A DNA stretch of 47,603 bases from Victivallales bacterium (GCA_017525435.1 JAFXSU010000344.1:1-47603), one strand, 5' to 3'; counted from the first letter of the stretch, positions 16,762 through 26,932 are shown. Program-made: numbers and translations. Notes: a model not told the origin generated them from the letters alone.

Positions 16762-17532
16762 CTACTCCTCGTCCTCGGCGGCGAGCTGTTCAGCCACCTC
16801 GTCGGAGAGTTCCATGTCGGTATAGACCGCCTGGCAGTCATCGTATTCCTCAAGAACATCGATGAACTTCTGGACGGACTTGGCGACATTGAGTTCCGTG
16901 ACCTCGGTCATCGTGTCGGGAACCATCGCGATGGAGGACTCGGTGGGGGTGATGCCCTTTGCTTCGAAGATGGCGACGATTTTGGCGAAGGCGTCGGGCG
17001 GCGCGATGATTTCGGCGGAGCCGTCATCGACCTGGATGTCGTCCACGTCGGCATCATTTTCCAGGAAGAGCTCCATGAGTTTGTCTTCATCTGCCCATTC
17101 GCCTTCGATGACGAAGCGGCTCTTGCGCTTGAACTTGTAGGAGACTGCTCCCGATGAGGCCATCTTGCAGTTGTGGCGGGTGAAGAAGGAGCGGATGTCC
17201 GCCGCATAGCGGTTCTTGTTGTCGGACATGCAGTTGACAATCACGGAGATGCCGCCAGCGGCGATGCCTTCGTAGGTGAATTCTTCGATGGCTGCACCGC
17301 CGAGGGCACCCGTGCCCTTCTTGATAGCGCGGTCGATATTGTCGTTGGGCATATTCGCGGCCTTTGCGGCGGCGACTGCGGTGCGGAGGCGCGCGTTCAG
17401 GGCAGGGTCACCACCGCCTTCACGGGCAGCCTGGATGATTTCCTTGGAGACGCGGGAGAAGATGGCGCCGCGTTTGGCGTCAGCCGCGCCCTTCTTGTGC
17501 TTGATCGAAGACCATTTATTGTGTCCTGACAT
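16762..17532 (-). CDS. yebC: YebC/PmpR-family DNA-binding transcriptional regulator
   Basis: 256 aa from the ATG at 17530-17532. The N-terminus MSGHNKWSSIKHKKGAADAKRG is the family signature. The track ORF extends upstream from a GTG and is unlikely to be the real start. Confidence 0.9.
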   Translation of the reverse strand: MSGHNKWSSIKHKKGAADAKRGAIFSRVSKEIIQAAREGGGDPALNARLRTAVAAAKAANMPNDNIDRAIKKGTGALGGAAIEEFTYEGIAAGGISVIVNCMSDNKNRYAADIRSFFTRHNCKMASSGAVSYKFKRKSRFVIEGEWADEDKLMELFLENDADVDDIQVDDGSAEIIAPPDAFAKIVAIFEAKGITPTESSIAMVPDTMTEVTELNVAKSVQKFIDVLEEYDDCQAVYTDMELSDEVAEQLAAEDEE

Positions 17533-17747
17533 AAGAGAATGAGTTATGAGTTTGGATGGGAAAAAATGGTGCACCACGCCGTTTTTCGGCGGGCAGAGGA
17601 AGTTCGGTATGCTTTTAAATTTATATGCTGTACGCATTTTTGCCACTCGTTGCGCGAGATTTCCTTGTGTTTTCGGCAGTGGCACCCAACGAAGAGATTA
17701 TATTTGTACAGTTTCTTTTCATTAGAGTTTTTGCAAAAGGAGAAACC

Positions 17748-18602
17748 ATGGCACTCAAGATTGGAACCATCATTGGCATTCACGAGGGGAACTACAAGAA
17801 TCTCTTTCAAAAGTTGGTCAATTTTGGCCTTCACACCTGTCAGATTGGCAACTGGAATGTGAAATTCTATGATACCGACTACGAGACGAAGGTCGCCTGT
17901 ATCAAGCAGCAGATGAAGGATCTCGAGGTCGCGCCGTCTGCGGTCTGGGCTGGCTACAGCGGGCTGGTCTGCTGGAATTTCACTGAGGGGCCGGTGACGA
18001 TGGGGCTTGTGCCGGAGGACCATCGCCAGCACCGCGTCCTGGAACTCAAGCGCGGAGCGGATTTTGCCGCCGCCATCGGCGTGCGCGCCATCATCACCCA
18101 CTGCGGTTTTCTCCCCGAGAACATGACCGATGCGAACTTCGACATCATCCGTTGCGCGATCTACGATGTGGCAAGCTACTGCAAAAGCCTCGGCATCGGC
18201 TTTTGGTTTGAGACCGGTCAGGAGACCCCCGTGGCGCTCTTGCGCATGATTCAGGCTGTCGAGGCGATGGGGCTGGACAACCTGGGTATCAACCTCGACC
18301 CTGCGAATCTCCTGCTCTACGGCAAAGGCAATCCCATCGATGCACTGAATGTCTTTGGCAAATATGTCCACAACATCCATGTGAAGGATGGTTTTGTGCC
18401 CACCACTGGCACCCACTTGGGCAATGAGGCGCAGGTAGGGCAGGGCATGGTGAACTTTCCGCGCTTCGTCAAGCGTCTGCTGGAGATTGGCTTCCACGAG
18501 GAGTTCATCATCGAGCGCGAGATTCCCGAGGGCGAGCAACAGTCCGCCGACATCCGCGAGACCATCCAGAACCTGAAGGTCTGGGCCGGAGAAGAAGGTT
18601 AA
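17748..18602 (+). CDS. Sugar phosphate isomerase/epimerase (xylose-isomerase-like TIM barrel)
   Basis: 284 aa from the ATG at 17748, preceded by an AAGGAG SD. It shows the pattern typical of the AP-endonuclease-2/xylose-isomerase-like fold (..ITHCGF.., ..FWFETGQE.., ..NLDPANL.., ..HVKD..). Confidence 0.7.
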   Translation: MALKIGTIIGIHEGNYKNLFQKLVNFGLHTCQIGNWNVKFYDTDYETKVACIKQQMKDLEVAPSAVWAGYSGLVCWNFTEGPVTMGLVPEDHRQHRVLELKRGADFAAAIGVRAIITHCGFLPENMTDANFDIIRCAIYDVASYCKSLGIGFWFETGQETPVALLRMIQAVEAMGLDNLGINLDPANLLLYGKGNPIDALNVFGKYVHNIHVKDGFVPTTGTHLGNEAQVGQGMVNFPRFVKRLLEIGFHEEFIIEREIPEGEQQSADIRETIQNLKVWAGEEG

Positions 18603-18637
18603 TGTTAATTAAGGTTTAAAAGTGCTTTTCAGGATCT

Positions 18638-18654
18638 CTAGCCAATTTGGCTAG
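18638..18654. promoter_or_regulatory. Perfect palindrome CTAGCCAA-T-TTGGCTAG upstream of ispH (possible operator)
   Basis: Read directly: 8+8 nt inverted repeat around a central T, 11 nt upstream of the ATG at 18665. Confidence 0.4.
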
Positions 18655-18664
18655 TCAGACTAGA

Positions 18665-19531
18665 ATGGCTGGCAATTACGAATTACGAATTGCACGTTGC
18701 CTAGGTTTCTGCGGCGGTGTTCGGCGTGCGATGGACGCCTTCAAGCACCTGCGCACCGAGACACCCGCTGCCAAGCCGGTCTATGTCCTGCACGAGTTGG
18801 TTCACAACTGCACCGTAACGGAGCAGATGCGGTCGTGTGGCGCGGTATTCATTGCCACGCCAGGAGAACTTCCAGAGGGAGCGACATGTCTGATCGGCGC
18901 CCATGGCGTGGGACCCGAGACCGAGCAACTTCTCAGGGAGCGTGCGGGGTGTTTGGTGGATGCGACTTGCCCCATCGTCAAGAGAGTTCAGCAAATTGCC
19001 GCACAACTGAGTTCGGATGAGGCACTGGTGCTTCTCGGCGTTCGTGGACATCCCGAGGCGGAGGGCATCCTTAGCCACGCCGGAACCACGCGAAGATTTT
19101 TGGTGACCAGTGTGGCGGAGATTGCCTCGTTGCCGGAATTGTCCAAACCTGTCTTTCTTTGTCAAACCACATTGGGGCATGAGCAGGCGGATCGCGTCTT
19201 TGCGGCTCTGCGGGGTCGTTTTCCCAATGCGCGACGAGACGGTTCGATCTGCCATGCGTCTTCTGAGCGTCAGTCTGCCGTGGAGGAATTGGTCAAGAGC
19301 ATCGACCTTCTTTTGGTGATTGGTTCGCCGCATAGTTCGAATGCGAATCGTCTAAGGGAGATTGGTGAGTATGTAGGGATTCCGTCGATGCTTATTGAAG
19401 GACCGGAGCAGCTCCCTGACAATCTGTCGGGGTTCTACCGCATTGGCGTCTCCGCAGGTGCCAGCACTCCCGACGAGCAGATTTACCGGACGGTGGATGA
19501 AATTCGCCGTCGATTGAAAATTAAGGATTAA
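18665..19531 (+). CDS. ispH: 4-hydroxy-3-methylbut-2-enyl diphosphate reductase
   Basis: Motifs GFCGGVRRA, HELVHN, CPIVKRV and SPHSSNANRL match the IspH/LytB cluster-ligand regions. The ATG at 18665 is preferred over the TTG at 18647 used by the track. Confidence 0.9.
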   Translation: MAGNYELRIARCLGFCGGVRRAMDAFKHLRTETPAAKPVYVLHELVHNCTVTEQMRSCGAVFIATPGELPEGATCLIGAHGVGPETEQLLRERAGCLVDATCPIVKRVQQIAAQLSSDEALVLLGVRGHPEAEGILSHAGTTRRFLVTSVAEIASLPELSKPVFLCQTTLGHEQADRVFAALRGRFPNARRDGSICHASSERQSAVEELVKSIDLLLVIGSPHSSNANRLREIGEYVGIPSMLIEGPEQLPDNLSGFYRIGVSAGASTPDEQIYRTVDEIRRRLKIKD

Positions 19532-19542
19532 GGAAAGAGACG

Positions 19543-20238
19543 ATGAACGTCCCAAGACATATCGCCATTATCATGGACGGCAATGGCCGCTGGGCGCAGG
19601 CCCGTGGTCTGGCGCGTTCCGAAGGGCATCGCGCGGGTTCGAAGCAGGTCGAGATCATTGCGGATGCCGCGATTGCCGAAGGCGTGCAAACTCTTACCCT
19701 CTATGCCTTTTCGACCGAGAACTGGAATCGTCCAAAGACCGAGGTCGAGACGCTGATGACACTCTTTGCGGAGTATGCGCAACATAGCTTGAACGACCTC
19801 CAGCGTCGCGGAATCCGTCTTCGCACGATTGGCCGGATGGAGGGTCTTCCAATGCTTCCACGGATGGCGCTTCAGCGGGCGATTGAAGCCACTGCGAAGA
19901 ACACCACGCTGACCTTGAATGTCGCGTTGAATTACGGCGGGCGAGCGGAATTGGTGGATGCGGCGAGCAAGGTGGTTGCCGGCCGCGTGAAATCCGGCGA
20001 CACCTCGCCAGTCACGGAGGAGGAGTTCGCCGCCGCGCTTTATGCGCCCGATCTCACGTCACCGGATTTGCTCATTCGAACAGGCGGAGAACTGCGCATC
20101 TCGAATTTTCTCCTATGGGAACTCTCCTACACAGAGTTCTACTTCACTGAGGTGCTTTGGCCGGATTTCGGACCCGCCGAACTTCATGCGGCAATTGAAG
20201 AGTTCGGCAACCGTCAGCGGCGCTTCGGAAAGGTATAA
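19543..20238 (+). CDS. uppS: Isoprenyl transferase (undecaprenyl-diphosphate synthase)
   Basis: 231 aa with the HIAIIMDGNGRWA and RTGGELRISNFLLWELSYTEFYF signatures. Confidence 0.92.
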   Translation: MNVPRHIAIIMDGNGRWAQARGLARSEGHRAGSKQVEIIADAAIAEGVQTLTLYAFSTENWNRPKTEVETLMTLFAEYAQHSLNDLQRRGIRLRTIGRMEGLPMLPRMALQRAIEATAKNTTLTLNVALNYGGRAELVDAASKVVAGRVKSGDTSPVTEEEFAAALYAPDLTSPDLLIRTGGELRISNFLLWELSYTEFYFTEVLWPDFGPAELHAAIEEFGNRQRRFGKV

Positions 20239-20243
20239 GATGT

Positions 20244-20783
20244 ATGCCGCATGTGGCGTGCGGCTTGCTAAACCAGAATCATTCCTCATTCCCAATGAAT
20301 TACTGCCCCATCATCGGCACTCTCGGATATATCCTCTCGCCGGACCGACAGTCTGTGTTGCTTACACATCGTATTGCTCGCAAGTCGGACGAGCAATTCG
20401 GAAAATACAATGGCTTGGGTGGACACCTGGAACCTAACGAAGATGTCGCCACAGGAATGATTCGTGAAATCCGCGAGGAGTCCACGCTGGAAGTCACGTC
20501 GATGACCCTGCGGGGGACGGTGAACTGGACGGGGTTCGGCCCGCACGGTGAAGACTGGCTGGGATTCATCTTCCTGATTACTGATTTCACGGGCACGCCC
20601 CTTTCCACGAATGAGGAGGGCACTCTCTCTTGGGTGCCACTCAAGAATTTCCCCAAATATCCCATGTGGGAGGGCGACAAGTACTTTTTGCCATTGGTCT
20701 TTGATGACGACCCGCGCCCCTTCCACGGCTTCATGCCTTACGATGGTGACCGACCGCTCTCCTGGCACTTCACCCGGCTTTAA
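20244..20783 (+). CDS. Nudix hydrolase (MutT-like)
   Basis: Nudix box GHLEPNEDVATGMIREIREESTL. The start is uncertain: ATG 20244 (track) or ATG 20295 (MNYCPIIG..., 162 aa). Confidence 0.8.
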   Translation: MPHVACGLLNQNHSSFPMNYCPIIGTLGYILSPDRQSVLLTHRIARKSDEQFGKYNGLGGHLEPNEDVATGMIREIREESTLEVTSMTLRGTVNWTGFGPHGEDWLGFIFLITDFTGTPLSTNEEGTLSWVPLKNFPKYPMWEGDKYFLPLVFDDDPRPFHGFMPYDGDRPLSWHFTRL

Positions 20784-20798
20784 TCCGGAAAGCGCGGA

Positions 20799-22319
20799 AT
20801 GACATTTATGAGCACGCTTTGCATTTTCATTCTGACTGCGGCGGCAATTTTTGCCGCAACGGAGAATCCCTTCGGTGCCACGGCCGTGGTTACTCCGGGG
20901 ACGGAGGCTTTGGAAGTACGCGTGGAACTTACTGGTCCGGCGGGCGGGCATTTCAATGCGGGACTTCTACGGCTGGAGATTCCGGAAGGCTATGTGGCCG
21001 AGACGGTCGATCCACCGACACCTGAGCCGGACGAACTTTTTGACGATGGAGTCTATCCGCCGGGGACCATTTTGCACTATCGAGTCACTCCTGCCATTCC
21101 CGTCCCCGCAATGAGTCTGCATTTCCAAGGCTGCGTGGACGAGATGTGCTACATGCCACAGACCATCGCATTGACATCTGCGCAGGTTCCTGCCGCTGAC
21201 AATTCCACATCGGAGGCGGGCGTGACGGAATGGTACCAGGGTTTTGCCCGCGAGCAGGTTCGTTTCGGATATGCAAACACGAAAGAGTTCACCGCATGGC
21301 TGGACATGGCACTGAATGCAGAAGCTTCTCCGACCAAGGACAATCTTCTCGTCCGCGCGGCGAACAGTCATGGCCTTTGGCTGGCGGCGTTGCTGGTCAT
21401 TCCGCTGGGACTGCTTCTGAATCTCACGCCGTGTGTCCTGCCGATGATTCCCATCACCCTTGCGGTGCTGGGAGCCAAAAGTGCCGGTGCAGGCCGGCGA
21501 CGCGGTGCTGCATTGGGAGCCATATACGGCGGTGCAATGGCGTTGGCTTACGGAGTGGTCGGCGCAGTCTTCGTCAAGGTCGGCGGGCGGTTCGGGGGCT
21601 TTAACGCGAGTCCGTGGTTCAATTGGGCTGTCGGAATTGTCTTTGTTTGTCTGGGATTGTCAATGTTTGACCTGTTTTTGCTGGATTTGACGCGTTTTCG
21701 CCATTCCGCTGACCAGTCTCGCAATGGTTTTGGGACGGCGGCGTTGCTGGGTGCCATGTCGGCGCTGCTGGCGGGCGCGTGCGTCGCTCCAGTCCTCATT
21801 TGGGTGTTGCTCCTCTCAGCGGAACTGTATGGTGGCGGGAATGCGCTGGGACTTTGGCTGCCCCTCCTGCTGGGAGTCGGCTTGGGCTTGCCGTGGCCTT
21901 TCCTGGGTGCTGGAATGGGCTTCTTGCCGCGACCGGGTGCCTGGATGGTTCGCGTGAAGCAGGGTTTCGGTATGCTGATTCTGCTCTTCGCATGTTATTA
22001 TTTCTGGAATGGCACAAAGTTGCTCCGTTCTCCCAATGTCCCTCACGAAGATAACTATTGGAGGACGGATATCACTGGCGCTGTCACTGAGGCGCGTGAC
22101 CTCAACCGTCCGCTCTTCATCGACTTTTGGGGCGTGACCTGCAAGGCATGCGATACCATGGACGCAACCACACTGCGAGCTCCCGAAGTCCGCCAACGCT
22201 TGGATCAAATGGTCCGCCTCAAGATTCAGGCCGACGACTTTGGCGACCCCGCTTTGACTCCGCTTCTGAGCCATTTCAACATCCCCGGTTTGCCTGCGTA
22301 TGTCGTGCTGGTGCCGTAG
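20799..22319 (+). CDS. dsbD: Thiol:disulfide interchange protein DsbD (alpha, membrane beta and thioredoxin-like gamma domains)
   Basis: 506 aa. The N-terminal FQGCVDEMCYMP matches the DsbD-alpha Cys pair. The membrane core has LTPCVLPMIP, and the C-terminus has FIDFWGVTCKAC (CxxC). Confidence 0.85.
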   Translation: MTFMSTLCIFILTAAAIFAATENPFGATAVVTPGTEALEVRVELTGPAGGHFNAGLLRLEIPEGYVAETVDPPTPEPDELFDDGVYPPGTILHYRVTPAIPVPAMSLHFQGCVDEMCYMPQTIALTSAQVPAADNSTSEAGVTEWYQGFAREQVRFGYANTKEFTAWLDMALNAEASPTKDNLLVRAANSHGLWLAALLVIPLGLLLNLTPCVLPMIPITLAVLGAKSAGAGRRRGAALGAIYGGAMALAYGVVGAVFVKVGGRFGGFNASPWFNWAVGIVFVCLGLSMFDLFLLDLTRFRHSADQSRNGFGTAALLGAMSALLAGACVAPVLIWVLLLSAELYGGGNALGLWLPLLLGVGLGLPWPFLGAGMGFLPRPGAWMVRVKQGFGMLILLFACYYFWNGTKLLRSPNVPHEDNYWRTDITGAVTEARDLNRPLFIDFWGVTCKACDTMDATTLRAPEVRQRLDQMVRLKIQADDFGDPALTPLLSHFNIPGLPAYVVLVP

Positions 22320-22356
22320 AAAACGCACTTTTTTTCGACATTTTCCAATCAGCGGA

Positions 22357-22384
22357 TTGAAATCCCGGTTTTGAAGGCTACATT
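22357..22384 (+). promoter_or_regulatory. Putative promoter for tRNA-His (TTGAAA-16 nt-TACATT)
   Basis: Hexamers at 22357-22362 and 22379-22384, about 17 nt upstream of the tRNA. Confidence 0.3.
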
Positions 22385-22400
22385 AAGCGCACCTCCAAAT

Positions 22401-22478
22401 GGTGGCTGTAGTCCAGTTGATTAGAACGCCTGGTTGTGGCCCAGGAGGTCGTCGGTTTGAGTCCGATCAGCCACCCCA
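22401..22478 (+). tRNA. tRNA-His (anticodon GTG) with encoded G-1 and CCA
   Basis: GGTGGCTG...CAGCCACCCCA ends typical of tRNA-His. The anticodon stem CCTGG/CCAGG carries loop TTGTGGC, and the T arm is GTCGG-TTTGAGT-CCGAT. Confidence 0.92.
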
Positions 22479-22486
22479 TAATATTC

Positions 22487-22540
22487 GGCGCCCTGCGGAG
22501 TTTTTCTCCCCTCCTCTCCGCAGGGCGCCACCTTTTTGTG
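22487..22540 (+). terminator. Strong rho-independent terminator after tRNA-His
   Basis: 14-bp stem GGCGCCCTGCGGAG / CTCCGCAGGGCGCC followed by CCTTTTTGTG. Confidence 0.85.
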
Positions 22541-22559
22541 TTATTTGATCTATAAAACC

Positions 22560-22588
22560 TTGTTTTTTTTAGGTTTTTTCCTATAATT
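22560..22588 (+). promoter_or_regulatory. Putative promoter of the HX9DG gene cluster (TTGTTT-17 nt-TATAAT) with T8 and T6 tracts in the spacer
   Basis: Hexamers at 22560-22565 and 22583-22588 in a strongly AT-rich 90-nt region, 43 nt upstream of the ATG at 22631. Confidence 0.35.
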
Positions 22589-22630
22589 ATAGTAGTCTTT
22601 TTTTGTTTCATCAACCCAATAAATCTAGTT

Positions 22631-23431
22631 ATGAAAAAGTCCTTCACACTGATTGAATTGCTGGTCGTCATCGCAATCATCGCGATTTTGGCCTCCATGC
22701 TCCTGCCGGCACTCTCCAAGGCGCGCGCGAAGGCGAAATCCATTTCCTGCGTGAACAACCTGAAGCAGCTGGGACTGCAGAACGTGATGTACGGCAACGA
22801 CTACAACGACTACTCCATCGTGCCGTGGATGCAGTTCACCCCCAGCGACCCGTATTCGTGGGTGGCGTTCCAGTTCGTGCTGGCGGTCAATGACGGCAAG
22901 CGGGTGCTTGGCGGCGTGCCTCCGAAGTCGCTGGTCTGCCCCGGCTGCGCGGTGAACGGCGCCGACAAGCTGCGCCTCGTCGATGGCGGCATCCCCAGTG
23001 ACATGCGTGACAACATGTCCTATGGCATCAACTTCAATGCCTGGGGCACCTACAGCATCCCGAATCCGAGCGACAGCTGGAAGTGTCCGCAACGCACCTT
23101 CTCGAACGTGCTGGCTGGCGGCGGCCGCATGAGTGCGCTGGTCTGGGCCATCGACTCCACCCCGAAGCCGATGTGCGGCAACAATACCAACATCAACGGC
23201 GGCTATCCCATCTACGTGCAGCCCGGCAACTGCTATCCGCAGTACACGGACCAGCTCTCGTATCACCTGGCGCGCGCGGACCACGACGGCATGGCGAACG
23301 CCTGCATGGGCGACGGCCACGTGCAGAGCCTGAAGCCGCAGCAGTTCCTGACTCGCTTCACCGGCTGGGGACGCACCAACAAGTACTTCTGGCCGCTGAA
23401 CAACGGTTCGACTGGCCAGTATTACAACTAA
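22631..23431 (+). CDS. Prepilin-type N-terminal cleavage/methylation domain protein, HX9DG (DUF1559-like) family, paralog 1
   Basis: 266 aa. N-terminus [28 protein letters not shown] (pseudopilin class III signal); C-terminal H-x9-DG motif ([12 protein letters not shown]). Confidence 0.9.
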   Translation: MKKSFTLIELLVVIAIIAILASMLLPALSKARAKAKSISCVNNLKQLGLQNVMYGNDYNDYSIVPWMQFTPSDPYSWVAFQFVLAVNDGKRVLGGVPPKSLVCPGCAVNGADKLRLVDGGIPSDMRDNMSYGINFNAWGTYSIPNPSDSWKCPQRTFSNVLAGGGRMSALVWAIDSTPKPMCGNNTNINGGYPIYVQPGNCYPQYTDQLSYHLARADHDGMANACMGDGHVQSLKPQQFLTRFTGWGRTNKYFWPLNNGSTGQYYN

Positions 23432-23474
23432 GTGTCATTTATCTGCAATTCGCAAAACAGTAACTGGAGCCCGC

Positions 23475-24275
23475 ATGAAAAAATCTTTTACGCTGATTGA
23501 GCTTCTCGTCGTCATCGCGATCATCGCGATTCTGGCCTCGATGTTGCTGCCCGCGCTTTCCAAGGCACGCGAGAAGGCGAAGTCCATCTCGTGCGTGAAC
23601 AATCTCCGTCAGCACGGTCTGAACCTGTTCCTCTATGCTGACGACAATGACGACTACGCGATTGCCTCGCACATCCGCGTGGTCAATTCCTCCAACACCG
23701 GCTGGGACGACTACGGCTGGTTCCACTACTTCGTGCTGAAGCAGAACATGTCCTGGAAGCTGTGGCGCTGCCCCTCCGACCGCAAACCGAACAAGATCAA
23801 GGACACCACCTGGAACAGCCTGAGGGAGACCTCCTATACCCACAACTACTCCACCTACGGGTACCGGAACGACCTGATCAACTGGAACGGGACGGAGAAT
23901 CCCAACGCCCACAGCAACCAGCCGCAGCGCCTCTCGACGGTTCGGATGTTCTGCAACAACGGCGAGCGTCCGCTTTTCGCGATGGACGGCCCGGAGGAGA
24001 TCTGCACCGGCTCCAACGCCAGCTGGGACGCGACCTGGCTCTTCCAGGGGTGGAACGCGACTTTCCACCGCCTGCACCCGGAGGCGACCTACGCGGTGGG
24101 CGACCGCCACATGGGCAAGGGCAATGGCCTGGTGCTGGACGGCGGCGTGGTCACCATCGACGAGGGCGAGGTCCAGCTGAACTGGAACACCCACAAGTCC
24201 CGCTACTTCCGCCCGTTCCTGCACGCCAGCCGCAGCTTAGGCATCGACGGCTGGATTGGCCGTAGCGGATACTAA
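23475..24275 (+). CDS. Prepilin-type N-terminal cleavage/methylation domain protein, HX9DG family, paralog 2
   Basis: 266 aa with the same N-terminal 35 residues and the C-terminal [12 protein letters not shown] motif. It starts 43 nt after paralog 1. Confidence 0.9.
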   Translation: MKKSFTLIELLVVIAIIAILASMLLPALSKAREKAKSISCVNNLRQHGLNLFLYADDNDDYAIASHIRVVNSSNTGWDDYGWFHYFVLKQNMSWKLWRCPSDRKPNKIKDTTWNSLRETSYTHNYSTYGYRNDLINWNGTENPNAHSNQPQRLSTVRMFCNNGERPLFAMDGPEEICTGSNASWDATWLFQGWNATFHRLHPEATYAVGDRHMGKGNGLVLDGGVVTIDEGEVQLNWNTHKSRYFRPFLHASRSLGIDGWIGRSGY

Positions 24276-24354
24276 GTTTTGTTTTTACTCTAAACTGAAC
24301 CATTCATTTTAGGGTGTCCTAGAATAAATGGAGTAAAAAACACAGTTTTTTGAT

Positions 24355-24391
24355 AAAAAGAGGGTTGCATGGCTTGCAATCCTCTTTTTTC
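24355..24391 (+). terminator. Intrinsic terminator-like hairpin inside the IS left end, upstream of the transposase gene
   Basis: 11-bp stem AGAGGGTTGCA / TGCAATCCTCT (one G-T pair), 5-nt loop, A5 before and T6 after. Confidence 0.55.
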
Positions 24392-24428
24392 GTGCTATTT
24401 TATGGCAACCTAATTAGGGAGACCTTCA

Positions 24429-25994
24429 ATGAGCACGAAGCCAATCTGGATAGAACAGTTCGTCCGTCCGCAGGGGACGGAAATCAAGCATATCGGAAGC
24501 CACTGGTACCTGTATGAGCGCCTCAGCGTCTACGACAAGGAAAAGAAGCGAAAACGGAAGAAGTCGGGACGATGCCTTGGCGCAATAACCGAGGCGGGCC
24601 TGTCCCCGAGCAAGCGCGCCGCGCCTCTCCAGCCGCTGCGCGACGGAGAGATAGAGAACCTCGAATACGGGGCGACCGCCATCCTGCTGGGGCTGACCGC
24701 CTCCATGCGCAGCCGGCTGGCCGCGCTGTTCCCCGACTGCTGGCGCGAGCTGTTCTGCATGGCGCTCCTGAAATGCAAGGAGCAGTCGCGCTTCAGGAGG
24801 ATGGACTTCCACTACGGCACGTCGTTCATCTCGCAGTGCATAGGCGGCCTCTCCCTCAGCGCGGGGCGCGTCACCGCGCTGCTGCACCACATCGGCACGA
24901 ACCGCGGGGCCATCCGCGAATACATGAAGGGGGACCTGCCTTCCAGCGGGCTGGTCATGTTCGACGGGCATCGCCTGATAAGCGGCTCGGGCACGCTGGA
25001 GTACGCCCGCGTCGGCTACGACAGCAGGTGCCGCTTCCTCCCGCAGGTGAACCTCCTGTACATGTTCAGCGTGCTCGGGCTCAGGAAGCTGCCGGTCTAC
25101 TACAAGCAATACGCGGGCGACGTGCCGGACGTGAGCGCGTTCTCCGACATCGTGGACGACGCGGGCGTGCGCAGGCGGGCGGTGACCGTCATAGCCGACA
25201 AGGGGTTCGAAAGCGAACTCAACGAGGCTCTGCTGGACGACGCCTCGCTGGGCTACGTCATCGCGGTGCGCCGCGGCTGCGCGGACATCACGGAGATACC
25301 TTCCTGCCCAGCCAAGTACCAGAAGGTGTTCAAGTTCCGCGAACGCGCCATATACTGCAACGAATACCAGGCAGGGAAGGACAGGCTTTTCCTGTATTAC
25401 GACATGAGCCTCGCCAACGACGAGGCCGTCGATTTCATCAGCCGCAGGGAGAAGGCCAACAACACCATCGAAAGGAGGCGGGAGGCGGAGGAGCGCAGGC
25501 GCGGCAGGAACAGGGGGCGCCTCAGCCAGGAGGAGTACGAGCGACTTGTCCCCGTCGACGTGGCGGAGGAGCTCCAGGCGCACAGGAACAACGGCACGTT
25601 CATCCTGAAGACCAACAAGAGCGAACTCAACTGCGCCCAGGCGTACTGCCTGTACAAGACAAGGCAGGACATAGAGCAGGCCTTCAAGTCATACGACGAC
25701 ACGCTGGACGGAAAGGCCAGCTACATGCGCGACCAGCATTCGTTCGAGGCATGGCTGTTCATCAACCACCTTGCGCTCCAGATGCTTTATGCCGTCATCG
25801 GCGCTCTCGCCGAGAAGGAGCTGACCGACAAATACTCCTTCGAGGACGTCATGGCCTTCCTGAAGCATGTCCGGGCAAATCGAATCAACGGCGAGTGGAA
25901 GCTGACGAAAATCACCAGGAATACGATGAAACTCTGCAGGGAACTGGGAATCGAATTGGAAGAGCCCACAAAACTTCAGGTCTCCCTAAAATGA
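24429..25994 (+). CDS. DDE transposase (IS4/IS1634-like)
   Basis: 521 aa. Candidate catalytic residues lie in VMFDGHRL, VIADKGFES and YKTRQDIEQAFK (a Y-x2-R-x3-E type C-terminal motif). GGGAG SD 8 nt upstream. Confidence 0.8.
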   Translation: MSTKPIWIEQFVRPQGTEIKHIGSHWYLYERLSVYDKEKKRKRKKSGRCLGAITEAGLSPSKRAAPLQPLRDGEIENLEYGATAILLGLTASMRSRLAALFPDCWRELFCMALLKCKEQSRFRRMDFHYGTSFISQCIGGLSLSAGRVTALLHHIGTNRGAIREYMKGDLPSSGLVMFDGHRLISGSGTLEYARVGYDSRCRFLPQVNLLYMFSVLGLRKLPVYYKQYAGDVPDVSAFSDIVDDAGVRRRAVTVIADKGFESELNEALLDDASLGYVIAVRRGCADITEIPSCPAKYQKVFKFRERAIYCNEYQAGKDRLFLYYDMSLANDEAVDFISRREKANNTIERRREAEERRRGRNRGRLSQEEYERLVPVDVAEELQAHRNNGTFILKTNKSELNCAQAYCLYKTRQDIEQAFKSYDDTLDGKASYMRDQHSFEAWLFINHLALQMLYAVIGALAEKELTDKYSFEDVMAFLKHVRANRINGEWKLTKITRNTMKLCRELGIELEEPTKLQVSLK

Positions 25995-26035
25995 ATGGTT
26001 CAGTCTAAATTGGTTTCAACTGGTTGGTTCTGAAA

Positions 26036-26893
<858 letters not shown>

Positions 26894-26932
26894 ACAGCGT
26901 TCTGCGTAACTTCATTTGATTGTCTCCTTGAT

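Larger units (their letters stand above)
24295..26003 (+). mobile_element. Intact insertion sequence (IS4-superfamily, IS1634-like), 1709 bp
   Basis: Perfect 20-bp terminal inverted repeats: CTGAACCATTCATTTTAGGG at 24295-24314 and its reverse complement at 25984-26003. They are flanked by the direct repeat TCTAAA (24289-24294 and 26004-26009). A single transposase ORF ends inside the right IR. Confidence 0.9.

Noticed and set aside
18673-18693. The AATTACG heptamer doublet in the first codons of ispH, considered as a phase-variation switch.
   Set aside because: There are only two perfect copies and ispH is normally essential. It is noted only as part of the local repeat pattern.
22378-22797. 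The 139-aa minus-strand ORF spanning tRNA-His, its terminator and the AT-rich promoter region. The similar ORF 6115..6342 over tRNA-Arg was also considered.
   Set aside because: Both overlap clear tRNA cloverleaves and terminators, and the peptides look non-protein-like.
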